From contig JBGAQA010000006.1 in the NCBI GenBank assembly GCA_044220955.1, forward strand, positions 67,909-131,908: a DNA stretch of 64,000 nucleotides, given 5' to 3'. The stretch's first letter is position 1. Each line of letters opens with the position of its first letter. The notes beneath the pieces were generated by a model that saw nothing but the letters and a program-made list of their open reading frames with translations, did not search any database and was not told the DNA's origin. Positions 1 to 8,416 of this stretch are shown here, piece after piece. The position numbers and the translations under genes were made by a program. Origin of the DNA: Sandaracinaceae bacterium (GTDB taxonomy: Bacteria; Myxococcota_A; Polyangia; Polyangiales; Sandaracinaceae).

Positions 1-263
1 TTCTGTGTGCGGTCGAGCGTGCGCATCGCGACGCCGCCGCCCTTGGTGTCGAGCATCGCGGACTCGTCGATGCGGCCTACGGCGGTCTCGTGCACCGACG
101 CGATCTCCATCGCGTCGCCGTCCACCTTCGTCGTCACGGTCGTCCGTGCACCCTGGAACATCCGCTTGCCGTCGAGCACGGTCTTGAAGAACGGCTTCGG
201 GTGGGGCGTCGCGGCGTACTCGGCGACCTCGACGCCCTTCACCTTCGGTGCGCTCAGTGCCAT
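1..263 (-). CDS. hypothetical protein (3' end runs off the window)
   Basis: ATG at 263 preceded by GAAGGA; reads MALSAPKVKGVEVAEYAATPHPKPFFKTVLDGKRMF... with typical GC3-rich codons; open to the window edge. Confidence 0.65.
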   Translation of the reverse strand, partial: MALSAPKVKGVEVAEYAATPHPKPFFKTVLDGKRMFQGARTTVTTKVDGDAMEIASVHETAVGRIDESAMLDTKGGGVAMRTLDRTQ

Positions 264-273
264 CGGTCGTCCT

Positions 274-1218
274 TCAGAAGAGCTCGTCGACGCGCTGCAG
301 CAGGTGGATGGCGCGGCGGCGCGCGACGCGGTTGCCCATGCGTGCGTCCGGGTCGGGGTCGCCCCCGTCGATGATCTCGCGCAAGAGGCTCACGAAGAGC
401 GCGCGATCGCCCACGGTCACCGCGTACGTGCCGGCGTACGCCAGCTGGACCACGAACGAGCGACGGTTCGTCGCGAGGAGCGCCCGCTCGAAGATCTGCT
501 GCCCGCGCGACGGGTCGCCGCCGATCCCCTCGCCCGTCGCGCTCGAGAGGCCGCCGAGGAACGTGAGCCCGGCCGCGTGCTCGAGCGTCTCGTCGTACGT
601 CACCGCGCGCTCCACGAACGCACGCGTCGTGCTCAGGTCGGCGACCATCTCCGGGTCGCCGCCCGACATCGCGATCGCGGAGCCCCAGGTCAGGCCCGTC
701 CAGAGCGAGAGCAGCGCGGCCTCGCGCGTGCGCACGTGCTCGTCCAGCCAGCGCGCGATCGAGTCGGGGCCGCCGGCGATCGCCGCGTCGATGCCGTGAT
801 CGCGTCGACGCAGGAGGTGCACGGCGACGTTGCGCGCGCGCTCGTAGAGGTGGCGCGCCCGTGCGCGCACGCGGTCGGCCTCCTCGAGGTCGCCGGCGGC
901 CTCCGCGAGATCCGCCTCGTCCTCGATGAAGCCGAACGCGTACGCCGCGTAGGCGCGCACCAGCACGAGCCCGATCGTCTCGTCGTCGGGGACGACGGCG
1001 AAGACGCCCTCGAGCTGGACGATCGTCGCCGGCATGGCGTCGCCGATGAGCTCGTCGTCCCAGTGGCGCTGCAGCTCGTCGCTGGCGCGCACCACCAGAT
1101 CCCCGCTCGCGTGCGCGGTGAGGCGCGAGGTGTCGCAGCCCAGGCTGCCCGTCGCGGTGAGCAGAGACGTGACCAGCAGGGCGGTCGACTCCGCTCGCGA
1201 CGTGCGCACGACCATCAC
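274..1218 (-). CDS. TRAP transporter TatT-family (T-component) lipoprotein
   Basis: 314 aa helical protein; lipobox-like SLGC; segments LIGDAMPATIVQLEG, AYAAYAFGFIEDE, GGDPSRGQQIFERAL and terminal N..ARRRA..L....DELF resemble TatT. Confidence 0.7.
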   Translation of the reverse strand: MMVVRTSRAESTALLVTSLLTATGSLGCDTSRLTAHASGDLVVRASDELQRHWDDELIGDAMPATIVQLEGVFAVVPDDETIGLVLVRAYAAYAFGFIEDEADLAEAAGDLEEADRVRARARHLYERARNVAVHLLRRRDHGIDAAIAGGPDSIARWLDEHVRTREAALLSLWTGLTWGSAIAMSGGDPEMVADLSTTRAFVERAVTYDETLEHAAGLTFLGGLSSATGEGIGGDPSRGQQIFERALLATNRRSFVVQLAYAGTYAVTVGDRALFVSLLREIIDGGDPDPDARMGNRVARRRAIHLLQRVDELF

Positions 1219-1223
1219 GGTAG

Positions 1224-1297
1224 CGGACCCAGGAGGATTCGAACCTCCGACAACTGGTTCCGTAGACCAGTGCTCTATCCAGCTGAGCTATGGGTCC
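1224..1297 (-). tRNA. tRNA-Arg(ACG)
   Basis: GGACCCA/TGGGTCC acceptor stem, D-arm TAGCTCAGCTGGATAGAGC, anticodon arm CTGGT-CTACGGA-ACCAG, T-loop GGTTCGAATCC; CCA not encoded. Confidence 0.95.
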
Positions 1298-1310
1298 CGA
1301 GGGGAGGCGG

Positions 1311-1338
1311 ATGATAGCGGCCGACTTTCGTCTGTCAA
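1311..1338 (-). promoter_or_regulatory. sigma70-type promoter for tRNA-Arg
   Basis: TTGACA (1338-1333), 16 nt, TATCAT (1316-1311), then a GC-rich discriminator. Confidence 0.7.
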
Positions 1339-1384
1339 ACGTGGCGAAGCCCCGCCGTCTTCGGTTCGTCGCGGTGATCAGTTC

Positions 1385-1412
1385 TTGACGCCTCGGGGCT
1401 CGCTGCTAGTTT
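1385..1412 (+). promoter_or_regulatory. sigma70-type promoter for tRNA-Ser(CGA)
   Basis: TTGACG (1385-1390), 16 nt, TAGTTT (1407-1412) with an extended -10 TGn; divergent from the Arg promoter. Confidence 0.65.
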
Positions 1413-1419
1413 CGCCCGC

Positions 1420-1506
1420 GGAGAGCTGGCCGAGTGGTCGAAGGCGCTTGATTCGAAATCAAGTGAACCGGTAACGGTTCCAAGGGTTCGAATCCCTTGC
1501 TCTCCG
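1420..1506 (+). tRNA. tRNA-Ser(CGA)
   Basis: GGAGAGC...GCTCTCC-G acceptor, anticodon arm CTTGA-TTCGAAA-TCAAG, long variable arm GAACCG-GTAA-CGGTTC, GGTTCGAATCC. Confidence 0.95.
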
Positions 1507-1568
1507 TTTCGGCGTCGCGTGCGCGACGCGAGGGGGCCCGCTGGGCACCCCTAGCCCCCGTACTGCAC

Positions 1569-1598
1569 GGCCTCGCTTCGCGAGGCCTCTTTTTCTTG
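1569..1598 (+). terminator. intrinsic terminator after tRNA-Ser(CGA)
   Basis: GGCCTCGC-TTC-GCGAGGCC stem followed by TCTTTTTCTT. Confidence 0.7.
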
Positions 1599-1617
1599 GT
1601 TCGCGGAGCTGTTCCTG

Positions 1618-1705
1618 GGAGAGGTGACCGAGCGGTCGAAGGTGCACGACTGGAAATCGTGTGTACGGCAAAACCGTACCGCGGGTTCGAATCCCGCCCT
1701 CTCCG
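1618..1705 (+). tRNA. tRNA-Ser(GGA)
   Basis: GGAGAGG...CCTCTCC-G acceptor, anticodon arm CACGA-CTGGAAA-TCGTG, long variable arm, GGTTCGAATCC. Confidence 0.95.
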
Positions 1706-1709
1706 TGTC

Positions 1710-2300
1710 CTAGTTCTTCGAGCTCTTCTTTCGTGTGCGGCGCGGGCCGAGCCCGATCGTGAGGGCGACCGCGAGCACCGCCGCGATCTCGCCGCCCGAG
1801 GCGCGTGTGACCGAGCAGCTGGCGCAGCCGCCGCGCGCGGGCGGCGTGCGCACGGTCGCCGGCTCCTCGGCGGGCGCGTCGACGATGTCGACGGGCACCA
1901 CGCCCGAGCCGAGCATCGCGCGGTCGTCGTCGGCATCCTCCATCGGGCGGGTGCGCGAGCAGAGCGAGACCCGATAGGCGTCGCTCTCCACCCCGCTGGC
2001 GTAGACGAGGTAGCTCCGGCCGACCTCGAACGAGTAGCCGCACGCGGCCTCGGTCTCCGCCGTCACGACCTCGACGTGCTCGTGCTCGGCGGCCAGCCAC
2101 GTCTGCACCACGTCGAGGTGCACGTGCCGCGTGCCTTCCGCGACCTCGACCGACGCGACGCGCGCCTCGAAGATGGCCGCCGCCCCGGCGCGGGCCGCCT
2201 CGAAGGGCTGCTCCATGCAGGAGCAGGCGCTCGCCCGGCCCGGGACGAGCCACGCGATCGCGAGCAGCAGGAGGGAAAGGTATCGGCCCGTCGTTGACAC
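1710..2300 (-). CDS. secreted TIMP/NTR-like (Cys-X-Cys N-terminus) protein with MYXO-CTERM-like tail
   Basis: signal peptide ending ASA|CSC; AIFEARV, ACGYSFEVGRSYLVYA, SLCSRT; C-terminal GGCASCSV, hydrophobic helix and basic tail. Confidence 0.65.
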   Translation of the reverse strand: MSTTGRYLSLLLLAIAWLVPGRASACSCMEQPFEAARAGAAAIFEARVASVEVAEGTRHVHLDVVQTWLAAEHEHVEVVTAETEAACGYSFEVGRSYLVYASGVESDAYRVSLCSRTRPMEDADDDRAMLGSGVVPVDIVDAPAEEPATVRTPPARGGCASCSVTRASGGEIAAVLAVALTIGLGPRRTRKKSSKN

Positions 2301-2322
2301 GCTCGTCCTGCCCCGCTAGTAA
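2294..2322 (+). promoter_or_regulatory. probable sigma70 promoter for tRNA-Ser(GCT)
   Basis: TTGACA (2294-2299), 17 nt, TAGTAA (2317-2322); overlaps the start of the opposite-strand gene. Confidence 0.5.
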
Positions 2323-2335
2323 CGCTGCCGCCTCG

Positions 2336-2423
2336 GGAGAGGTGGCCGAGTGGTCGAAGGCACTCCCTTGCTAAGGGAGCGTACGCCAAAAGCGTACCGT
2401 GGGTTCGAATCCCACCCTCTCCG
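2336..2423 (+). tRNA. tRNA-Ser(GCT)
   Basis: GGAGAGG...CCTCTCC-G acceptor, anticodon arm CTCCC-TTGCTAA-GGGAG, variable arm GTACGC-CAAAA-GCGTAC, GGTTCGAATCC. Confidence 0.95.
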
Positions 2424-2462
2424 TCCCGTCGCTCCGACGTCCGAGCCGGCGATGAACGCCCG

Positions 2463-4883
2463 TCACTGCGGCGCGTCGGTGTGCGCGGGCCGCGTGAGCT
2501 CCGCGAGCATCGCGCGGGCGTCCTCGGCGCCGGGGCCGGCCGCGTCTCGGGCCGCCATGAGCAGGCCGAGCTCGTGCATCTGGCCGAGCACGTGCGCGAC
2601 GAGCACGCGGCGATCGGCGTCGGGGCCGGTCAGGTCGGCCAGCAGGCGCGAGCGGATCTCGGGGGCCGTCAGGCCGTGCAGGCCCGACCAGCCGCTCTCG
2701 AGGCGGGTCGAGAACGACTGCCACGCGTAGCCCTGGCGGTTGTCCCCGTCGCCGTCGTTGAGGATCTGCGCGACGCGCAGTCGCCGGTGCACCTGGCCCG
2801 ACTCCCAGAGGTCCGTCGTGACGAGGTTGAAGAAGTCGTTCTCGGCGTTCATCAGCGCGTCCTGCAGCGACTGGCGCAGATCGTCGTCCTCGCCGAGCTT
2901 CGCCAGGAGCGCCCGCGCGCCGGCCTCGTTGCCGCCCAGGCAGATCGCGATTGCCGCGTCGAAGGCGAGCTGCTCGTTGTCGAGCAGCGAGATCAGGCGC
3001 TCGTCGTTCGCGGGATCGGCCGCGTAGCCGATGGCGATCGCGGCGGGGTGCCGCACGTCGGGCGGCGTGGCCGGGTTCGTGAGCAGCTCCATGAGGCGAC
3101 CGGCGACGACGCGGCTCGGGTGCTGCCAGAGCGCGCCGAGGTAGTAGCGGCGCGCGGCCTCGTCGAGGTCCGTCTGCTGGATCTTGCCGATCACCTGCTC
3201 GACGATCTCGTCCGTGGCGACCGCGCCGAGCGCCAGGCCCGCGTCGTTGCGCAGGCGGATGTCGTCCTGGGCATCCTCGATGATCGTCATGAGCGCCTCG
3301 GCGGCCTCCGGGCGGCCATAGCGTCCGATCGCGCGCACCGCGGCGGTTCGGTTGTTGTACTCCATCTCGTGCGGCACACCGGCCATGCCCTGGTACGCCG
3401 AGAAGTCGACGTTGCGCGGGCGCGGGATCATTCGCATGAGCGTGTCGTAGCCGGCGTCGTCGTTCAGCTCCGCCAGGGCCATCGCGGCGGACGCGATGTC
3501 GTCGCCGTCGAGGTGCGCTGCGATGTCGTGGCCCGCGCTCGCGACGCCCGAGCGCCCGAGCACGCGGAGCACCGAGGCACGCCGGCCGAGGAAGCGGTCG
3601 TCGCTCAGCATCGGCAAGAGGGCCGGCACCATCTCGGGGGTGTGGACCAGCATGAGCATGTCGAGCGCGTCGCGGCCCGTCTCGAGGCTCTCGCTCTGCG
3701 CGAGCGTCACGAGCACGGGAACCGCGCGCGCGTCGCCGACCTCCGCGAGGCCGCTGGCGGCTTCGATGCGGAGGTGCTCGTCCGCGCTCGTCAGCTGCGT
3801 CGCCAGCGCGTCCGCGCCCGCGGGGTCGTGCGTCGCGCGCAGCATGCCCACGAGGTCGGTGCGCGTCGCGTCGTCGTTCGCCTGTGCGAGCAGGACGGTG
3901 AGGCCGCGCGCGCCCGTGGAGTTGCCGAGCGCCTCGACGACGGCGTGGTGCATCGTCGGGTTGGACGTCATCAGGCTGAAGAGCGGCCCGGCAGCGCGCG
4001 GATCGCCCACGCGCCCGAGGCCCGACACGCACGCGCGGATCACGCCGTCGTGGCCCTCGCGGTGCGAGTCCTCTTCGTCGGCCGCCTCGAGCTGCTGCTC
4101 GTGCTCGATCATGTGCGAGAGCGGCGCGATGACGTCGGGCGTCGCGGCCTCGGACAGCGCCTGGGCGACGAGGGTGCGCACGCCGATCGACTCGTGGTCG
4201 GTCAGCTCCGCCGAGCTGAGGCGCTCGACGCCGATCGCCTGCTGCACGATGCGCGGATCCCAGCCGGGCTGGTTCTGCAGCGTGCCGGCCGCGAACTCGC
4301 TGATGATCGCGTCGGCGGCGGGCGCCTGGTGCAGGATCGCCAAGGCCCAGACCACGGGCGCGCGATCGGTGATGTCGCACGTCGGGAGGACACGGAGCAG
4401 CGCCGGCGCCGCCGTGTCCGCGGCGGGCGAGCCGATCTGGGCGATCGCGCGCGCCGCGTGCGCGCGGATGGGCCCCGCCTCGTCGAGCAGCGGGATGAGC
4501 AGCGGCACCGCCTGGGCGTCGTGGTGCTCGCCGAGCTCGCTGATGTACTCCTCGCGGACGTCGGTGAACGTCTGGTTCGGCAGATCGGCGCGGATCTGCG
4601 CGAGGTAGTCCTCGACGGAGTCGGCCTCCTGCGCGCGCCGGAACGCGTCCCAGCGGTGGCCGGAGGCCTGGTCGCGCTGGTAGTAGGTGTAGCCGGCGAA
4701 GCCCAGCGCGCCGAGCATCAGCGTGCCGACGAGCACGGCGGCGACGCTCGAGTGGCTCCCGATCTTGCGCGCGTTCGCGTCGTCGTCGTCGCCGAGGCTC
4801 GCCGCCACCTTCGACAGCTCATCGGTCGTATCGACGTTGCCGGGGACTGCGGGGAGATCGTTCGGGTCGAGGTCGTCGCTCAT
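2463..4883 (-). CDS. membrane-anchored HEAT-repeat protein
   Basis: 806 aa; acidic N-terminus, one TM (VAAVLVGTLMLGALGFAGYTYY), many HEAT/PBS-lyase-like repeats (AVPLLIPLLDE..IRAHAARAIAQIG; LRIEAASGLAEVGDARAVPVL). Confidence 0.8.
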   Translation of the reverse strand: MSDDLDPNDLPAVPGNVDTTDELSKVAASLGDDDDANARKIGSHSSVAAVLVGTLMLGALGFAGYTYYQRDQASGHRWDAFRRAQEADSVEDYLAQIRADLPNQTFTDVREEYISELGEHHDAQAVPLLIPLLDEAGPIRAHAARAIAQIGSPAADTAAPALLRVLPTCDITDRAPVVWALAILHQAPAADAIISEFAAGTLQNQPGWDPRIVQQAIGVERLSSAELTDHESIGVRTLVAQALSEAATPDVIAPLSHMIEHEQQLEAADEEDSHREGHDGVIRACVSGLGRVGDPRAAGPLFSLMTSNPTMHHAVVEALGNSTGARGLTVLLAQANDDATRTDLVGMLRATHDPAGADALATQLTSADEHLRIEAASGLAEVGDARAVPVLVTLAQSESLETGRDALDMLMLVHTPEMVPALLPMLSDDRFLGRRASVLRVLGRSGVASAGHDIAAHLDGDDIASAAMALAELNDDAGYDTLMRMIPRPRNVDFSAYQGMAGVPHEMEYNNRTAAVRAIGRYGRPEAAEALMTIIEDAQDDIRLRNDAGLALGAVATDEIVEQVIGKIQQTDLDEAARRYYLGALWQHPSRVVAGRLMELLTNPATPPDVRHPAAIAIGYAADPANDERLISLLDNEQLAFDAAIAICLGGNEAGARALLAKLGEDDDLRQSLQDALMNAENDFFNLVTTDLWESGQVHRRLRVAQILNDGDGDNRQGYAWQSFSTRLESGWSGLHGLTAPEIRSRLLADLTGPDADRRVLVAHVLGQMHELGLLMAARDAAGPGAEDARAMLAELTRPAHTDAPQ

Positions 4884-5011
4884 GGCTCGTCACTCACTGG
4901 AGGAGGCGTCGAAGACGCGATTGTCTCTTCTCCCGGGCCCATAGAAAGAGGTACGCCCGGCGGCGCGCAGAGTAACGAATGGGTGGAAGGGCTGTAAACA
5001 GCCCTCGTCGG

Positions 5012-7030
5012 TCACTCGCCGAACGGGACCAGGTCTTCTCCGGACGAGCCGCCCCAGTCGTCCGAGGCCGCGGTGCTCGGCGGGGGCGCGGTCGTCGTCG
5101 GCGGCGGGGGCGCGGTCGCCACGCTCGTCTCGGGAGGCGTGTCCGATGTGGCTCCGGTCGTCGGTGGCGGTGGGCCTCCCGATCCGGGCGCCTGCGCGGC
5201 GCTGGTGTCGACCGGCGTGCCCGGCGCCGTGGTCGTGCCCGCGACCCCGGCGAGCGTCACGATCGTGGTCGGAGGCGGGGTCCCCGGGATCGTGGGGGCG
5301 GCCGTGCCCTGCGTGGTGCCGGGTGCGCGCGGCTGGGGGGGCGGGGGCGGCGCGCTCGCCTCGACCAGGCCGGTCGCCGTCATCTCCGAGTGCTGCGCGA
5401 CGACGGGGCCGTGATGGTGGGTCGGCAGCGGGTCGAGCGTGATCGTCGCGACCGGCGCGATATCGAGGAACTGGATGTCGTGCGGAACGAAGCCGTCCGC
5501 GCGCACCTCCAGCAAGTGGGGAATGCCGTCGTGGGCGACCGACCCGGCGTAGGATCCGGTGCCGACGACGGTGCCGTCGAGGACGATCTCGGCGCTGGCC
5601 GGGACCGCCCGCAGGCGCACGTCGATCAGGGTCGCGGCGGGCGCGGCGACCGTCGTGGGCGGCGCGCTCACGGATGTCGTGGGCGGCGGCGTCGCGACGC
5701 CGGTGGCGGGCGGCGGCGCGCTCCCGGCTGCCGCGGCCAGCTGCTCGTGCGCGAGCGTGGTCCCGACGACGAAGGCGATGCCGATGGCCCCGGCGACGCA
5801 GGCGACGGCGATCACGGCGAGCAGGACCGGCGAGCGCGACCTCGGCGCTGCGGGCACCGGCTCGCTGGTGCGCGGCGGCCGCACCGACGCACGCGCGTCG
5901 AGTGTCGGTCCGGTCGCGAGGCCGGCGCCTGTGCTCGAAGCGCGTGCAGTGAACGCCGGCTGTGCTTGCCCCGGGGTCGAGAACGCCGGCGGGCGGGTGG
6001 AGGGCAGGGCGGACGGGCCGCTGCCCCGCGACTGCGACGGCGCGTCCGCCGTCGCGAACGACGAAGGGAGCGGCACCGGGACCGATGACGTCGCGTGCTC
6101 CGGGCGCGCGGCGGGGATCGGGATGCTCGAGCGCAGGGCGGTGTTGAGGGGCCCGACCTGGAACGCGTGCCCCCACATCGCCGCGCCGCGCGGCGATGCG
6201 TAGGGAAGCAAGGCCGCGCCGACCTCGCGCATCGACGCGTAGCGCAGCGCCGGATCGCGCTCGGTCATGCGGTCGATGATGGCCGTGAAGTGCCGCGGCA
6301 GGTCCGGACGCACCACGCCGAGCCGGATCGCGCCCTGCGTCGAGACGCGGTGGACGACCTCGAGCACCGAGTCTCCGACGAGCGCGCGCCGGCCGGTGAC
6401 GAGCTCGAAGAGCACCAGCCCCAGCGAGAACTGGTCGCTGCGCCCGTCCACGGAGCGCGCGCTCTGCGCCTGCTCGGGGGACATGTAGTGCGGCGTGCCC
6501 ATGAAGTGCGCGGTCTTGGTCATGCGCACCTCGTCCTCGATGGCCGAGATGCCGAAGTCGAGGACCATCGGGTGCACGTCGGTGCCGCTGCGCGAGCGCG
6601 ACAGGAAGATGTTCTCCGGCTTGAGGTCGCGGTGCACGATGCCCGCGTCGTGTGCCGCCTGCAGCGCGTCGCAAACCGGCAGGGCGATGTCCGCGATCGC
6701 GTCGGAGCCGAGCGGACCGTGGCGCCGGATCAGGCCGGCGAGCGACTCGCCGTCGAGCAGCTCCATCACCAGGAACGGCGTGCCGTCCTCCATGCCGACG
6801 TCGGTGACGTCGATCACGTGGCCGTGGTGGATCCGCGAGGCCGCGCGCCCCTCGCGCGTGAAGCGCGCGACGGCGCTCGCGTCGCGGGCGAACTGCTCGT
6901 GCAGCGTCTTGATGGCGACGCGCTTCTGCAGCCGCTCGTGCACGCCCTCGAAGACCGCGCCCATCCCGCCCTCGCCGATCTTGCGAACGACGCGGTAGCC
7001 GCCGAGCTTCGTTCCCTCTACGATCTGCAT
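5012..7030 (-). CDS. Ser/Thr protein kinase with TM and PEGA-like extracellular domain
   Basis: IGEGGMGAV, VAIK, HRDLKPEN, DFG, GTPHYMSPE; TM VLLAVIAVACVAGAIGIAFVV; PEGA-like VPASAEIVLDG..HLLEVRADGF; start placed at ATG 7030 (MQIVEGTKLGGY). Confidence 0.9.
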   Translation of the reverse strand: MQIVEGTKLGGYRVVRKIGEGGMGAVFEGVHERLQKRVAIKTLHEQFARDASAVARFTREGRAASRIHHGHVIDVTDVGMEDGTPFLVMELLDGESLAGLIRRHGPLGSDAIADIALPVCDALQAAHDAGIVHRDLKPENIFLSRSRSGTDVHPMVLDFGISAIEDEVRMTKTAHFMGTPHYMSPEQAQSARSVDGRSDQFSLGLVLFELVTGRRALVGDSVLEVVHRVSTQGAIRLGVVRPDLPRHFTAIIDRMTERDPALRYASMREVGAALLPYASPRGAAMWGHAFQVGPLNTALRSSIPIPAARPEHATSSVPVPLPSSFATADAPSQSRGSGPSALPSTRPPAFSTPGQAQPAFTARASSTGAGLATGPTLDARASVRPPRTSEPVPAAPRSRSPVLLAVIAVACVAGAIGIAFVVGTTLAHEQLAAAAGSAPPPATGVATPPPTTSVSAPPTTVAAPAATLIDVRLRAVPASAEIVLDGTVVGTGSYAGSVAHDGIPHLLEVRADGFVPHDIQFLDIAPVATITLDPLPTHHHGPVVAQHSEMTATGLVEASAPPPPPQPRAPGTTQGTAAPTIPGTPPPTTIVTLAGVAGTTTAPGTPVDTSAAQAPGSGGPPPPTTGATSDTPPETSVATAPPPPTTTAPPPSTAASDDWGGSSGEDLVPFGE

Positions 7031-7151
7031 CGGGCTCGCCGGAACGGTGCCACGGACCGCGGCCGGCGCACAAAGAGTACGTCCAGGCGGACACGGCACC
7101 CCCCGGCGTCGATGCCCGAGAACAGGCTCGCGGCATATTCCGATGCTGCGT

Positions 7152-8015
7152 TCAGCCCGGCCAAGCTCGGGTGGACGCGAGCTCGGGGACGAGGGCGAGC
7201 ACCTCTGCCAGCGAAGCTCCGTCGATCCAGCGCCGACGCTCGGCCGAGACGTCGATGCCGAGCCTCGTACAGAGCGCGACCAGGGACGCTCGCGCGGCCT
7301 CGGTCGCGTCTGCGTCGGCACGTGCCGCACCTCTCGCCTCGCCTCTCGCCTCGCCTCTCGCCTCGCCTCTCGCCTCGCCTCTCGCCTCGCCCCTCGCCTC
7401 GAGCGCCGCGACGAGGTCCGGACGCCGCGCGCCGAGCGCCCCGAGCACTGCCTCGTCGGCGCGCGCGGAGTCGAGGAGCGCGCGGATCGGGAGCGCCGGA
7501 TCGAGGCACGCCTCGACGATCGTCTCGTCTCGGTGCATCGGACGCCAGCGATCGAGGCGGCGATCCCACTCCATGATGCGCTCCTTGGCGACCATGAGGG
7601 CGAACACGCGTCTCACGCCGCGGCGCGAGAGCTCACGCGCCTTCTTCGTGGGCACCGAGAGCGCCTGTTTCCAGACGACCTCGAACGCGATCACCTCCAG
7701 CCGCCGGCCGCCGGTGTCGGGATCGGGTCCGTCGGGGTAGATGCTCGCGTCGGGGGCGAAGTCGCTCACGGCGCTCGTGCGGGTGAGCATGTCGAGCGCC
7801 GCGATGAACCCAGGCGCGGTGTGCGCCTTGAGCAGGTAGGCCAGATCCGCGTGCCGCGTCGCGTGCGGCGGGTCCGCGCCCGGCACGATCAGAACCTCCC
7901 CGTCGAGGATCTCGACGCCGGACCCCGGCATGACCAGCCGCTCGTCCACGGCCGGCAGCTCTCGCTTCGTTCGCGCGTTTCCGCTCTTCGCCACGCCATC
8001 GTCAGTGTACGGCAT
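7152..8015 (-). CDS. Uma2-family (PD-(D/E)XK) putative endonuclease with EARG repeats
   Basis: EILDGEVLIVPGADPPH, FAPDASIY, AFEVV, KKARELSRRGVRRVF; (EARG)x6 followed by a helical C-terminal tail. Confidence 0.75.
   Translation of the reverse strand: MPYTDDGVAKSGNARTKRELPAVDERLVMPGSGVEILDGEVLIVPGADPPHATRHADLAYLLKAHTAPGFIAALDMLTRTSAVSDFAPDASIYPDGPDPDTGGRRLEVIAFEVVWKQALSVPTKKARELSRRGVRRVFALMVAKERIMEWDRRLDRWRPMHRDETIVEACLDPALPIRALLDSARADEAVLGALGARRPDLVAALEARGEARGEARGEARGEARGEARGAARADADATEAARASLVALCTRLGIDVSAERRRWIDGASLAEVLALVPELASTRAWPG
7329..7400 (-). repeat. 12-bp tandem repeat x6 encoding EARG
   Basis: plus strand GCCTCTCGCCTC x4 perfect, with two variant flanking units. Confidence 0.9.
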
Positions 8016-8081
8016 CGCCGTCCTCCGCGTGACTGGACGCAGGAGCGGGTGCGGACTGACGCTCGGGGGGCGCCGTCGGGG

Positions 8082-8399
8082 TCAGATGGGGTGGATCGCG
8101 AGGCCGGGCCCGAGCCGTCGGATGTCGTCGGGATCGCGGGTCACGACCCGCTGCCCTCGCCGGATCCCGCAGCGCGCCACGTGTGCGTCGGTGACATCGG
8201 CGGTCCGGGTCCGGGCAAGGAGGAGCCCGACCGCGCGTGCCTCCGCGTCGTCGAGCGCGACGACCTCGACGTTGGGCATCCGGAGGAACGCCGCGAGTCG
8301 CGCCTGCCGCGCGGGTGCTCGCCAAGCCTGGGCGACGCACGAGGCCGGTACCGTGATCCGCTCGTCGTCCTCGCGGGCGGCATGAACCAAGACGAGCAC
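8082..8399 (-). pseudogene. PIN-domain (VapC-like) gene apparently lacking its N-terminus
   Basis: ITVPASCVAQAWR..ARQARLA, VVALD..A.AVG.LLA..TADVTDAHV, VVTRDPDDIRRL fit a PIN family; no N-terminal xDAGAL strand and only 17 nt to the upstream stop. Confidence 0.55.
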
Positions 8400-8416
8400 G
8401 GGGAGAGGGCTCTCGG

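Noticed and set aside
1683..2423. Similar tRNA 3' ends flanking the 1710-2300 gene as attL/attR of an integrated element
   Set aside because: Both are complete tRNAs with different anticodons and no integrase is present; the similarity reflects tRNA-Ser homology.
7031..7330. 100-aa N-terminal extension of the kinase starting just after the GAGG-rich repeats
   Set aside because: It overlaps the Uma2 gene in another frame and reads as off-frame Arg/Ser/Pro sequence; ATG 7030 gives a normal kinase start.
7329..7400. Repeat as a CRISPR array
   Set aside because: Contiguous 12-bp units with no spacers, inside a CDS, and no cas genes.
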